DNA from: a virus
Lineage: Duplodnaviria > Caudoviricetes
IMG/VR virus record: IMGVR_UViG_3300020048_000104
Span: 9,084-73,083 of that record
Direction: 5' to 3' (one strand)
Length of the DNA: 64,000 nucleotides
This document shows positions 48,690 to 58,800 of the stretch, in pieces. Below the pieces are notes generated by a model. That model saw nothing but the letters and a program-made list of their open reading frames with translations, did no database searches and was not told where the DNA came from. A program made the position numbers and the translations under genes. Position 1 is the first letter of the stretch. The number at the start of each line of letters is the position of its first letter.

Positions 48690-49424
48690 TTATTTATTAA
48701 AATATACCCATGTTTCTCTGTTCTCATAATAGAAAGCTTTCTCAACAACTTCTTTAGATACACCACTGTTTTCTACAATACCGTCAATATCTTCGCCGTA
48801 GAAACCACTGCAACTGTCGTGGTGATTCCACTCAAGCTCATCGTCTACATTTTCAAATATACCAGCATCAAAGTCTTCTCTAGTGAGCTTCACCATTTCT
48901 GTAGCTTTTTCAATTGTAAATCTGTAAACATCACCCCAAGCCCAAGCATCAAATAGTTTTTCAGAACCTTCTAATATCTCTTTATGCTTACGTCTATCAC
49001 ATCCCGTGCGTTCATAGAAATCATCAGTTAAGACTAATAACACATCAGCCCAATCTCCTTGAATGTATCCCTTTGATTGATGATAAGAATGTTGTATCTT
49101 AAATATTTCACAAAGTTCTTTTAATTGAAAAACGCTTAAACTATTACAAATTCCCCATCTAATTTCATCAGCTTTTTCGTCTTTAGTAAGTTCACGCTCA
49201 CAAAGATAATCATGGTCTATCTCTAAGATGTCGCATAAATCTTTTTGATGTTTTATAATTTTTCCGTTTGTTGGAAATTGTTTAACGAACTCTACTATTT
49301 TTCCATCACTACAATCAGTTGCATAATTTCTTCCAAATCTGTAAATTAGTTCAGGCTCACAATCCCAAGCTTCAAATGGATTTTCAGCTTCAACATTGTC
49401 TATTTTAATTCTAAACTTTTCCAT
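48690..49424 (-). CDS. Hypothetical phage protein
   Basis: 244-aa acidic ORF; AWAWGDVY and SCSGFYG patterns common in uncharacterised phage proteins. Confidence 0.65.
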   Translation of the reverse strand: MEKFRIKIDNVEAENPFEAWDCEPELIYRFGRNYATDCSDGKIVEFVKQFPTNGKIIKHQKDLCDILEIDHDYLCERELTKDEKADEIRWGICNSLSVFQLKELCEIFKIQHSYHQSKGYIQGDWADVLLVLTDDFYERTGCDRRKHKEILEGSEKLFDAWAWGDVYRFTIEKATEMVKLTREDFDAGIFENVDDELEWNHHDSCSGFYGEDIDGIVENSGVSKEVVEKAFYYENRETWVYFNK

Positions 49425-49998
49425 TATTTTTTCTATTAGCTACTTCATCAAGCATTTTGTATACCATGTCAACAGCTGTTCTAGGAGCTTGTTCTAACAC
49501 TACTGAATTGTTTTCAATCAATGTAATCATTGTACTAAAACACAAATGTTCTACGTTAAAAAGACTCTCAGTGATATGTTGAACAGGAGAAGTATTAATC
49601 ATAGATTCTTCATAACTACGTTCAAAAACCCAACCATCTTCTGAAGGAGGTTTGTTTTCAATTTCTTCTTCCTTTTCACACACAGGTTCATCTTCTACTT
49701 TTTTCTCTGTTAGACTTTTATTGTATTCTATAATACCATCTAATACATCATTTATAGTTTCTCTATCTAAAGGACAAGGTTGCCATGCTTCATCTTCACG
49801 TTTCCAGACATACACACCATTTCTAACTTTATCTACAACACCTAATCGTACAAGCATTTTAAAGAAAGAACTGTTAATTTTATACTCTCTGGATATACTT
49901 TCAAATTTCACATACTTGTTACTTTTAATAGCTGTATATAAAGCTAATGATGCGTTGTAGTATTTTTCTACTACTGTTTTACTTCTTTTATTGCTCAT
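49411..49998 (-). CDS. Hypothetical protein (possible N-terminal HTH)
   Basis: 195-aa ORF in operon. Confidence 0.6.
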   Translation of the reverse strand: MSNKRSKTVVEKYYNASLALYTAIKSNKYVKFESISREYKINSSFFKMLVRLGVVDKVRNGVYVWKREDEAWQPCPLDRETINDVLDGIIEYNKSLTEKKVEDEPVCEKEEEIENKPPSEDGWVFERSYEESMINTSPVQHITESLFNVEHLCFSTMITLIENNSVVLEQAPRTAVDMVYKMLDEVANRKNNGKV

Positions 49999-50266
49999 CT
50001 ATTTTGTTGTTAATTTGTTCTAATATAAATAATAAATCATCTGTGCAAAAACTCTTTAATGACACATCTTCAGAATCTAACCATACATCTGTTTTTGTAA
50101 TATGTAAACTCATAGGATCATCAATGTCTAAAGGTTGGTGATAGCCAAAATTGTCAATAATTATTTCTTCATCTTCCAATAATAGGATAGCCTTATTAAT
50201 TTCATCAATTAATCCTATCCTCATTACCATTAATATGCTGTCAAAACAGCTTTGTAAATCACTCAT
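49988..50266 (-). CDS. Hypothetical protein
   Basis: 92-aa ORF in operon. Confidence 0.55.
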   Translation of the reverse strand: MSDLQSCFDSILMVMRIGLIDEINKAILLLEDEEIIIDNFGYHQPLDIDDPMSLHITKTDVWLDSEDVSLKSFCTDDLLFILEQINNKIDEQ

Positions 50267-50269
50267 AGT

Positions 50270-50833
50270 TTAAATATTTGTTGAGTTCCATGTTTTTCCT
50301 TCTTCTCCAGCAGTATCTACTAAAGCTTCCCAGTTTTCCCAAGTAGCATTATTCAATACTGTTTCAATATTAGGTAAGAATTGCAGTTTATTGGATGCTT
50401 TTTGCAAAGCTACAAATGCTTCTGTTGCACGTATAGCTTGAGAGTGTTGGTCCTTAGTTTTAATTTTTTTAAGGTATTTTTCTTTATGTTTTTTATAAAG
50501 TAGTGCTTTTGATGAGGTAGCTCGTAATACTCTATTTCCTACTTTAATAGGATATATGTGATACCATTCATCAAAATCTACTAATTCAACATGTATATCT
50601 AATAATCTTTCAACTTCTACTTTACTAATTATAGTATTAGGAGGAGTTACTGAATTATCAGAAAGAATATACTTTGTATTAAGTAAACTATCTCGGACCT
50701 CAGATACTTGCTTTTTAGTAAGCATCTGTAGAATGTAATTAAAATCCTTATAATAAACAGCATGTAAGAACATGAACTGATAAGGATTAAGTTTATTATC
50801 TACTAATTTTTCAATACTAATATGTGTAATCAT
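50270..50833 (-). CDS. Putative replication initiator/helicase-loader-like protein
   Basis: Located between SF2 helicase and DnaB; C-terminal FDEWY..YP...G...TVLNNATWE resembles phage replisome-organiser tails. Confidence 0.35.
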   Translation of the reverse strand: MITHISIEKLVDNKLNPYQFMFLHAVYYKDFNYILQMLTKKQVSEVRDSLLNTKYILSDNSVTPPNTIISKVEVERLLDIHVELVDFDEWYHIYPIKVGNRVLRATSSKALLYKKHKEKYLKKIKTKDQHSQAIRATEAFVALQKASNKLQFLPNIETVLNNATWENWEALVDTAGEEGKTWNSTNI

Positions 50834-51051
50834 AACTCAAGATAATGTACACCATCTAATATAAATTGATTGATTTGTATTACTTCTTTAGTCAATTTAT
50901 ATTCTTCACAGATTGATTTACACTGATCTATTTCATATTGAGAACTAGATTCATCATGTGCAATCATTGAAGGTGTTACGAATTTTTTAATTAATTCTTT
51001 AGCTTTAAAAGATAATAAGGAAGGCATGTATTCTACTACTATTCTACTCAT
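50830..51051 (-). CDS. Hypothetical protein
   Basis: 73-aa ORF, ATGA-coupled. Confidence 0.55.
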   Translation of the reverse strand: MSRIVVEYMPSLLSFKAKELIKKFVTPSMIAHDESSSQYEIDQCKSICEEYKLTKEVIQINQFILDGVHYLEL

Positions 51052-52130
51052 ATAAATTTAATTTTAGATTTGTTAAATCCTTCTAATGCAGAATGCATCC
51101 ATACTTCATCTTGAGTATCTTTTAAATACACAATATAAATAGTTGCTTTCTTATCATTTTCCAGATTCATTGTTCTTAATGCTTGTTGAATAAATAAAGA
51201 CTCATTACTCTTTACTTGATTGAATACAGCTACTTTTAAATCAGGAATGGTTATACCCATTGATACCATAGACACTACAGATAGTTTATTTACAGTTCCT
51301 TCTATAAACTGACTTAATGTATCTTCTTTAGATTTACTATGATAACTTTTATCACCAATAGAATCAGCAACTTCTTGTAATCCTGTAAATACTAAACACC
51401 TATCAACATCTTTTATCAACTCTAATGTTTTATTGATTTTAGTACGAGATTCATAAATGATTGTTTTCCTTCTTGAAATAATAGATTTACGTAGATGAAA
51501 GTCACCTCTAGCTTCTATGTTTTTATACCTATTATTCCAATAAGTATAAGCTGCTTTTTCAGTTTGCTCGAAGGATGTTTTATCATTTCCTGCTTTAATA
51601 TAAGCCTCTTCAGTGTCTAATTCGCAACCTACACAAATAATTTCATAATCTGCTATAATTCCATCAGCAATAGCTTCTTCAAAACTATAGTTGTATAAAG
51701 TATTAATTTTCAATATATTATGAAGCAATACTTCTTTTACTTCAGGAAGTGTACCAGTAAGTCCTAATATTCTACTACCTTTTAATTGATGTTTTCTTAT
51801 GTGTGAGATTACTTTATCGTTGTACTCATGTATTTCATCACATACTATTAGATGATAGCTCTCGTTCAATTTTTTAATAGAATTACTCCAACATAAAGTA
51901 TATGATATTTTATCAGATAATCCCCATTTCTTTATTTCCTGTTTCCAGGATGTTAAGATAGGTAATTTAGGAGCAAGTATCAATACATTTATAGGAGTCT
52001 TTATATTATTCATTGCATCAATAGCAACTTTTGTTTTTCCAACACGAGGGCTAATATGTACCAATCCGTTATATTTGTTTTCAATAATTAAATCAGTAGC
52101 TTCTTTTTGTTTAATTGCTCTAATATCCAT
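51048..52130 (-). CDS. Superfamily 2 helicase
   Basis: SPRVGKT, IVCDEIH, LGLTGT, SMGITIPDL and FIQQALR. Confidence 0.85.
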   Translation of the reverse strand: MDIRAIKQKEATDLIIENKYNGLVHISPRVGKTKVAIDAMNNIKTPINVLILAPKLPILTSWKQEIKKWGLSDKISYTLCWSNSIKKLNESYHLIVCDEIHEYNDKVISHIRKHQLKGSRILGLTGTLPEVKEVLLHNILKINTLYNYSFEEAIADGIIADYEIICVGCELDTEEAYIKAGNDKTSFEQTEKAAYTYWNNRYKNIEARGDFHLRKSIISRRKTIIYESRTKINKTLELIKDVDRCLVFTGLQEVADSIGDKSYHSKSKEDTLSQFIEGTVNKLSVVSMVSMGITIPDLKVAVFNQVKSNESLFIQQALRTMNLENDKKATIYIVYLKDTQDEVWMHSALEGFNKSKIKFI

Positions 52131-52390
52131 TATTGTAAAACATTTACACGAATTAGTGACTTAGATAAACATAATACAGCATCTTCTATTCTATGATGAA
52201 TTAGATACTCATTAGACGTATATCGTTTTTTAGAATCTCCTATTGGTGCACATACTGTAATTATTTCATCAGCATGACTTTCATAAGTTTTTACTTTACA
52301 AGGTACTATTACTCTATTTTTAACAGTAAGGTAATTTTTATGAACTAGGAATACTGTTTTACCAACAGGATAAATATAGACTGTTTTCAT
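52130..52390 (-). CDS. Hypothetical protein
   Basis: 86-aa ORF in operon. Confidence 0.55.
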   Translation of the reverse strand: MKTVYIYPVGKTVFLVHKNYLTVKNRVIVPCKVKTYESHADEIITVCAPIGDSKKRYTSNEYLIHHRIEDAVLCLSKSLIRVNVLQ

Positions 52391-52596
52391 ACTCTAAATT
52401 GTTTTTTAAAATCTTCAAATGACATATCTACATGATCTACTCTAAAATTAGGAACTTTAACAGGTTCTTTTACTTCTGGAAGTTCATTTATTTTTGTTAA
52501 TACATGAGTTAATGCATCACGAGTATACGTATTTGAGAATTGTATTATTTCTTTTTGTATTACAGATAATACTTGTGTTTTATCAACTAATTTCAT
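52387..52596 (-). CDS. Hypothetical protein
   Basis: 69-aa ORF, ATGA-coupled. Confidence 0.55.
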   Translation of the reverse strand: MKLVDKTQVLSVIQKEIIQFSNTYTRDALTHVLTKINELPEVKEPVKVPNFRVDHVDMSFEDFKKQFRV

Positions 52597-52598
52597 AA

Positions 52599-53165
52599 TT
52601 AATAAGAAGCGTAACCAAAAAATACATATTCACCAGGTGCTTCTTTTGGTGATTTTTTGTAATTAATTTTAGCAACTATATTACTACCTGAAGTTTTATC
52701 TAAAACTCTTGAAATTTTTACAATCGTAGATTCTCCAGTTTTTTCACTATAAGCTCTAGCTTCTTTGACAGCGTCTGCTTTGTTATCATGTACTTTACCT
52801 TGCCATCCTGGATATTCTGTTCTAGGAATATAAACTAAATTCCATTTACGAGTTCCTTTAAATACAGAATGCTCAACAACAGATTTAACTTTGTTTGTGT
52901 TACCAACAGGTTCTTGTATGCAAATACCTTGAGCACCATCATGTTTACTTAAATCACCAGCTTCTTCATTATCAATAAATTGCTGTAATGATAGTTTAGT
53001 TCTTTTCCACTCAGATGTAATATCTGTAAATCCTGCTGATGAATTGATTTGTCCAGAATATCCTTCTTGATGTCCATATTCATCATTTGCTTGTTCTACT
53101 AACTTATTATACGCTTCTTGTATTGATTTTGCTCTTGTACTATTTTGAAAAAATTGTGCTCCCAT
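52599..53165 (-). CDS. Hypothetical phage protein
   Basis: 188 aa; EYGHQEGYSGQI and YVFFGYAS patterns. Confidence 0.65.
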   Translation of the reverse strand: MGAQFFQNSTRAKSIQEAYNKLVEQANDEYGHQEGYSGQINSSAGFTDITSEWKRTKLSLQQFIDNEEAGDLSKHDGAQGICIQEPVGNTNKVKSVVEHSVFKGTRKWNLVYIPRTEYPGWQGKVHDNKADAVKEARAYSEKTGESTIVKISRVLDKTSGSNIVAKINYKKSPKEAPGEYVFFGYASY

Positions 53166-53179
53166 ACTTTTTAATTTTA

Positions 53180-53214
53180 AAAACTGCGAGATTCTCGAAA
53201 AATCTCGCAGTTTT
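53180..53214 (-). terminator. Intrinsic terminator
   Basis: Perfect 14-bp stem AAAACTGCGAGATT-7nt-AATCTCGCAGTTTT in the intergenic gap. Confidence 0.75.
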
Positions 53215-53228
53215 GATTAAACATTTAA

Positions 53229-53708
53229 TTAATCTTCTATTGCTCCATTCATAGGAGCTCTTGAAATTTCTTTATCAAGTTCTTCTTCATAAGGAAAAAT
53301 ATCCACAATAGGAGAAACTGATACACCTGTAATTTCAAAATCAACCATCATAGAAGATAGGTGTTCTTTAAGGTTATCATTTCCTTCTTTTACAGAACCT
53401 GCTGCAACTAAAAATGTTTGTCTTACTTTTTTAGATTTACCACCATCTTCAGCACTACCTTCAAACACAATTTTAGCATCATACCAAGTATCTGCTTCAG
53501 GATTACTGAATACATCATGTAATTCAGTACGAGTGATAGCTACTACTTGAAATTCACCTCTGATCATCTGACCTAATTCTTCATAGATTCTGTTTTCAGC
53601 ATCACCAAAAGTCATAGCTGTTAATAAATAAGGTTCTGTTACCCTTTTGAAAGTACCATTCTCTAATTGCTTAGTGTACTTTACTTTTACTGTAAACCAA
53701 TTGTTCAT
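53229..53708 (-). CDS. DUF4494-family protein
   Basis: MNNWFTVKVKY.K..ENG..KRVTEPYLL.A.TF..AE.RI..E and SPIVDIFPY pattern typical of Bacteroidota DUF4494. Confidence 0.75.
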   Translation of the reverse strand: MNNWFTVKVKYTKQLENGTFKRVTEPYLLTAMTFGDAENRIYEELGQMIRGEFQVVAITRTELHDVFSNPEADTWYDAKIVFEGSAEDGGKSKKVRQTFLVAAGSVKEGNDNLKEHLSSMMVDFEITGVSVSPIVDIFPYEEELDKEISRAPMNGAIED

Positions 53709-54946
53709 ATTACTTGTTTTATTTGATTACTTAATAATGTTACATAGTCTTTATAAATTAAATTTTTATCAGAACTATCTAATCTGTATTGTTCTTTTAC
53801 TATTTCCCACAAATCTGCTTCAGTAAAGTCATTAGATACATAAAGACATGATTCTCTTGTATCAGCTAATACTTTATAAGAATTAGAAATAATTGATTCT
53901 TTAACAGGATATTTTAATTCTATGTTGTAAGAATCACATATTTTAAGAACAGCTTCTGCAAAAGATAATTGTATTTCTACAGGCTCTTCAACCATTACTT
54001 TTTCAGCATACCATTCATTACTTGATGATAATTTACGTTTACCTAATTCAAATCTTCTATCTGTGTACATATCACCAAGGATTCGTGATGATAAAGCAGG
54101 TAGTTCTTTTAATACATGTAACTCATTAATTACATGTACCCATTGATCTGAATAAGTACCATAATCTACTATTCTTGATTCTACAAAATTTTCGTCATAA
54201 TTAGCTATAAATTCAAGTACGTATTCTGGTTTATCAAATGATCTGATAGCATAAGAAATATCTATTTCTACATTAGTAATATTTAATAACTGTCTTCTTT
54301 CATCTAATGTACCATCACTGATTTCATATAAATACATACTTTGTTTTTCAGGATCTGAGTAAACTAACACACCATTTTTATAAATCCTATAAGATTTATC
54401 AGGTAATGTATTATGGTAAATCTTTACATTGTTATACTTATGAAAATAAAAATGATCATTGATGAAATAAGAATCCCAATTATCTAAGATGTCTGATACT
54501 TTATCATGAGAAGCATCTATTAATATCTGAGTATCTAAATTATAATCATCACTCATGTAATTAAGAACTTCTCCTCCTTCATCTATACAATTTGAAAAAA
54601 GTTCTCTAATAGCCATCCAGAAATCCCAATCAAATCCTAAGTTAACAGCAAATGCACTTGTGAAGAATTTATTTTCTCCTGTCATCCAGTTGTGTTGCTT
54701 GATTCGTATAAGGTTTTTTGACTTACCATCTTCAGATTTTAAATATTCAGAAAAAGTATATTTGAAACCACCTGTGAGTATTTCGAAATCTACATTGTTT
54801 CTAACAAGAATAGATATAGCATACTTTAATCCTGAGTCAAATTGTCCTATTTTAGAAGAATCTGTTCTCTTAGAAGAATCTCCCATAGTTGTTAAATCTA
54901 ACAAGGATATGATACTATTGTTAGCAAAATTTAATATTCTTTCCAT
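53705..54946 (-). CDS. GHKL (HATPase_c)-like protein
   Basis: G2-box-like KIGQFDSGLKYA and N-box-like WMAIRELFSNCIDEG. Confidence 0.6.
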   Translation of the reverse strand: MERILNFANNSIISLLDLTTMGDSSKRTDSSKIGQFDSGLKYAISILVRNNVDFEILTGGFKYTFSEYLKSEDGKSKNLIRIKQHNWMTGENKFFTSAFAVNLGFDWDFWMAIRELFSNCIDEGGEVLNYMSDDYNLDTQILIDASHDKVSDILDNWDSYFINDHFYFHKYNNVKIYHNTLPDKSYRIYKNGVLVYSDPEKQSMYLYEISDGTLDERRQLLNITNVEIDISYAIRSFDKPEYVLEFIANYDENFVESRIVDYGTYSDQWVHVINELHVLKELPALSSRILGDMYTDRRFELGKRKLSSSNEWYAEKVMVEEPVEIQLSFAEAVLKICDSYNIELKYPVKESIISNSYKVLADTRESCLYVSNDFTEADLWEIVKEQYRLDSSDKNLIYKDYVTLLSNQIKQVI

Positions 54947-54947
54947 T

Positions 54948-55694
54948 TTAAAATAGTGTTAATTGATTATCTACTACGTTTCTAATTTCCTTATTAGCTT
55001 GTCTTATATAATAGTCGTAATCAACATGATAATCATCCTTTTCTTCATATTTATTAAATATGATAACAGGTACACCTTCATTAATTATTGATTGACGACC
55101 ATCATTGAAATGCTTGATAAACTTATGTCCTTTTTTAGAAATGTAGTATCTTACATTTTTCTGTTGTTTAACAGGAATTATACCTCCCATAAGGTATTCG
55201 TATGTTACTCCATAACTTGCAGAATTGAATTTTTGACGACCACAGAAATCATAGATGTTTTTATGATTCATGATAGTTTGCTCAACAGGAACATCGTTAA
55301 TGAAATACTCAGATAATGCAATACGTATTACTTTGAAACTATTATCCTTATGGTAATCCTTATCTAATTCAAAAGCACCTTTGTATTTAACTTTTCCATT
55401 AGTATAAATTCCGATATAATTATTGACATCTCGTATTACCATTTTAGAATATTCGACATATTCAAGATTAAGTCTTGTAAGTTTTTCCCACATAGCACAA
55501 ATCTTATAATATTTATCTAAATCAGTTCTGCGTATTTTCATAGTAAAGCCATCTGTATTTGCTTGTAACATGATAGAATCAGGAAATGATAATACTAATT
55601 TCTCACACAACATAGATAATGTTAACTGACCAGTTAACGTAGTCTGCATTGTATAAAGAGGATCATATAAAAAAGAATGTTCATCATTGGATTT
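54948..55694 (-). CDS. polB: Family B DNA polymerase, exon 2
   Basis: Begins KSNDEHSFLYDP; motif C QANTDG, RDVNNY and VKYKGAF. Confidence 0.9.
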   Translation of the reverse strand, partial: KSNDEHSFLYDPLYTMQTTLTGQLTLSMLCEKLVLSFPDSIMLQANTDGFTMKIRRTDLDKYYKICAMWEKLTRLNLEYVEYSKMVIRDVNNYIGIYTNGKVKYKGAFELDKDYHKDNSFKVIRIALSEYFINDVPVEQTIMNHKNIYDFCGRQKFNSASYGVTYEYLMGGIIPVKQQKNVRYYISKKGHKFIKHFNDGRQSIINEGVPVIIFNKYEEKDDYHVDYDYYIRQANKEIRNVVDNQLTLF

Positions 55695-55925
55695 CAGTTG
55701 TGTTATCATAAGGCTCTTTATCCTTATTTCTGTATATTACTATACAGCTCAGACTATATCATCACCCTTAATTAAAAGGGGTAAGGCGCTCGTGTTACCA
55801 TTACTTTCCTCAACATTACTTGTTTGGAATCGGGTATTAGTCGTTGAACCTTCAAGAATATTACTATTCAAGATTGGCTGCTGATTGCCCTCACGGACTG
55901 TGATAGGGTTTCCCAGCAATTCACC

Positions 55926-56738
55926 TCATTTCTTATCATCAATTACTTGATGTAAGGGCTTAATTGAAAAATATAAATTTTTATATGGTTTGCCGTAATT
56001 ACATGATTTATTGATATTTACAGATTGTAGTAATTTTACAGGTTTACCCATTCGATCACCTTGAAATCTACTTTTTATAGGTAGGTTGTTTTTTGATGTT
56101 AACGACCATTCTTCAAGATCTTTAGCACAATTCCATTTACCTAAAAAATTATAATTAATATCATATACATATATTTCTGGACAAATTAGATTTCTTCTAT
56201 TTTCATTATTTTGTTTTCTTGCTTTTATTGACTTTTCAGTAATTGTTTTAGTAATACCTTTTAAATATGAATAATCTATTACAGAGCCATCTTTACCTTT
56301 ATTCCAAGGAGTATGACCTTTGTGAAAATTACTAACTATTTCCCCAGAAGCATAACGTTTTTTCATTGTAGCTCTACGTTTATCTATAGTTACTCTATCG
56401 GTAGATGGTACATTTGTTGCTTTTGGGTTTATATTATATCCAATTTTCATATTATGAGATTGGTAATAATCCATCCAATATTGTTCTTTACTCAAACATT
56501 CTTCTTTTTCACAAATTTCTAATATTTCAAAAGAAAAATTGTCTTCTCCGTATTTATTAAAAGACGACTGTAAGTAAGGATTTTTATGTTTGTTAATTCT
56601 TAACATTGCTTGATGATGCCACATACGTTTTAATAAAGTTACAGAAGCACTTCCGATGTATTTTTTATTATTTACTAAATTTTCAATTTTATAAACTCCT
56701 TTGAGTTTTAATTTTTCAAGATCACAATTTAATTTCAT
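55926..56738 (-). CDS. Intron-encoded GIY-YIG endonuclease (I-TevI-like)
   Basis: GVYKIENLVNNKKYIGSA...R...H...L...H.N..LQ.SFNKYG; located 5' of the intron core (P1 loop region). Confidence 0.88.
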   Translation of the reverse strand: MKLNCDLEKLKLKGVYKIENLVNNKKYIGSASVTLLKRMWHHQAMLRINKHKNPYLQSSFNKYGEDNFSFEILEICEKEECLSKEQYWMDYYQSHNMKIGYNINPKATNVPSTDRVTIDKRRATMKKRYASGEIVSNFHKGHTPWNKGKDGSVIDYSYLKGITKTITEKSIKARKQNNENRRNLICPEIYVYDINYNFLGKWNCAKDLEEWSLTSKNNLPIKSRFQGDRMGKPVKLLQSVNINKSCNYGKPYKNLYFSIKPLHQVIDDKK

Positions 56739-56754
56739 AGACTAAAGTTTTTTA

Positions 56755-56762
56755 CAAACTTA
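56755..56762 (-). promoter_or_regulatory. Possible -7 promoter (TAAGTTTG) for the intron endonuclease
   Basis: TAnnTTTG match ending 16 nt upstream of the ATG at 56738, inside the intron. Confidence 0.35.
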
Positions 56763-56805
56763 CACTTAATTCTTTATATAATTTTATTTTTTTCAATTTT
56801 TATCA

Positions 56806-57942
56806 ACCGTACACACTATTTAAGGAAAGCTTATACCCATCTGAAAGAATCATATCTCCTGCTTTTTTAGCTATCATTCTCATTTGTAGTATTTCTTTAT
56901 AAATATTACAAAACTCAATTCCTAATTGAGCAGGATATAAATTATTTTCTACACCTATACTAGGGTACATTGATCCTACGTCAGCATCTATGATTATCCA
57001 TTCATCATCTGATGCATACACACCTGCTTTAATACATCCATGTATTCCTCCTGTACCAAAATCATACTTGAATCCTTTGAATACAACAGATTCGTTAATA
57101 GATCCTTTTGTTTCTTTGATTGTTTTGCTTTTTAAAGTATCTAGTAATTTATTGAACTCTGGTGTTTTGAATTTAACATAATCAAATATACAATCCTTTA
57201 AAGCTATACTATCACGCTTAGTTCTTAATTGTCTAACTTCACGAGGATCTAATCCTGTTTTATCACAATACAATTTAAGCATAAGTGATTCACCTATTTT
57301 ACTATCAGGATAATTTATACAAGGTAATTTATACTTTGCCATCAAACCTTTACGTAACTCTATTTTACCTTTAGATAATTTAAAGAACTCATAAGTAGAA
57401 TATACATCATTAGCATTATATGCAAGAATATCTTTCAACATACTTTCAGATATTTTCTTTGTGGTATGAGGAATATCCATATCTTGTACATTATGATAAT
57501 TCATTGCAATCTGTAAAGATTTTAAGCTGGTAGAACGTGCTGCATTATTGTAATGATAGATTCTAAATAAGTCTAATTGAGGTATCTTAACATCTTTAGA
57601 CTTGATTCCAAAACCTCCTCCAAATCGAGAATTATTCTGCTCACTAATTATAGACTGAGCTTTAGCATAAATATCATCAATAATGTCTTTAGCTTCCATA
57701 CCACTATTCAATTGCCATTTCCAATCCTCATAATTTATCATTATAAAATGTATAATAGGGTAATCAAATGACACGTTATTGAAGCCAATTTGCCCTGTAC
57801 ATTTATTTAGATGATTCATTAAGTCATCTAACTGATTCAAGTTAGGATGAATGACATATTGATATAATTCTTCTGTTCTGATGTCTAAAGCAGTATATGT
57901 AAAAGTACCTGCTAAAGTTTCAATATCGAAAACAACCTTCAT
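56806..57942 (-). CDS. polB: Family B DNA polymerase, exon 1 (3'-5' exonuclease plus motifs A/B)
   Basis: FDIET, GFNNVSFDYP, YNANDV, motif A DADVGSMYP and motif B KLSLNSVYG; about 627 aa after splicing. Confidence 0.9.
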
Positions 57943-58268
57943 CTTTCGTATTCTAGCATTTCTAATAATTCATCAATAGATACATCTTCTTCTTCACTAG
58001 CTGTTTGTTCATGAGCTTCTAATTTTCTAAACCTGTCTTGTCTAAAAGCAGGTTCTTGCATAGCATCTATTAGATGTATGTAGCAAAGAGGATTTACCAA
58101 CTCTTCTAATAACACACCTGTTACAATACCTTGATTGTCAACAAATGCTCTCACTGTATATTTTTCATCTTTTTTTACCCAGTTAGGAAATACTTCTGAT
58201 ACAAAAGATTCTTTACCAAGTTTAATAGAATCATCTATACATATAATAATTTCTCCTATTTTAAACAT
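57939..58268 (-). CDS. Hypothetical protein
   Basis: 109 aa; ATGA-coupled to polB. Confidence 0.6.
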   Translation of the reverse strand: MFKIGEIIICIDDSIKLGKESFVSEVFPNWVKKDEKYTVRAFVDNQGIVTGVLLEELVNPLCYIHLIDAMQEPAFRQDRFRKLEAHEQTASEEEDVSIDELLEMLEYER

Positions 58269-58292
58269 ATTTGTATTAATATTTAATTAAAT

Positions 58293-58319
58293 AAAAACCC
58301 CTTGAAAATCAAAGGGTTT
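58293..58319 (-). terminator. Probable intrinsic terminator
   Basis: AAACCC/CTTG...CAAAGGGTTT imperfect stem followed by a T tract on the minus strand. Confidence 0.5.
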
Positions 58320-58372
58320 AATGTAGTTGCGTCAATATAGTTGTTAGTACCAATTAAACAGCATACTTCCAT

Positions 58373-58546
58373 TCAAAACCACTTGAAGACTTGTTGTTTA
58401 AGTGGTGCTTTTACAGCTCCTAACCATTCTGCTGTGTCATCATTTATCAGATCTCCCTCATCATCAATATACATTAAACAAGGTTCATCAAAACCCATAG
58501 ACTTTAGTTTTAAAGCTTGTTCATAGTTTACAAAGTGCTCTTTCAT
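58373..58546 (-). CDS. Small phage protein (57 aa; absent from the supplied ORF track)
   Basis: MKEHFVNYEQALKLKSMGFDEPC...APLKQQVFKWF read manually; resembles a small-protein pattern of Bacteroidota phages and may be 3'-truncated. Confidence 0.55.
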   Translation of the reverse strand: MKEHFVNYEQALKLKSMGFDEPCLMYIDDEGDLINDDTAEWLGAVKAPLKQQVFKWF

Positions 58547-58547
58547 A

Positions 58548-58799
58548 CTATTTAATATTAGTGAGTGGATAACTATTTAAAATTGAATCATCATCAACAC
58601 CCCATATAGGTCTAAAAGAACCTTCTGAAATTTCTTCATGGTCTATTGGTGTGACTGTTGCTTTCTCACTTGCTTCTTTCAATGCAGCTTCAACATGCAT
58701 TTTAGCAAATTCAATCATGAGTGTTTCATCATCGACATCCCCAGTTAAGTGCCCTGGATGATTTGTTATAAACGCACAAGCTGTTGGTATTTTCTTCAT
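58548..58799 (-). CDS. Hypothetical protein
   Basis: 83 aa; MIEFAKMHVEAALKEASEKA...SILNSYP pattern. Confidence 0.6.
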   Translation of the reverse strand: MKKIPTACAFITNHPGHLTGDVDDETLMIEFAKMHVEAALKEASEKATVTPIDHEEISEGSFRPIWGVDDDSILNSYPLTNIK

Positions 58800-58800
58800 A

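Larger units (their letters stand above)
55695..56805 (-). mobile_element. Group I intron (IA-like) in polB
   Basis: 5' exon ends in U (GGU). P2 CAUCAA-GUAA-UUGAUG, P AAUUGCUGGGAAACC, Q AAUCAGCAGCC, R GUUCAACGACUA, S GAUAUAGUCU, P9 CUGUAUA-GUAA-UAUACAG and terminal G at 55695 are present. Splicing gives NSVYG|KSNDE in frame. Confidence 0.92.

Noticed and set aside
58340-58380. prfB-like +1 frameshift at TTT TGA in the 57-aa ORF
   Set aside because: A shift would add only about 6 residues (EWKYAV) and no stimulatory signal is evident; a truncating indel is simpler.
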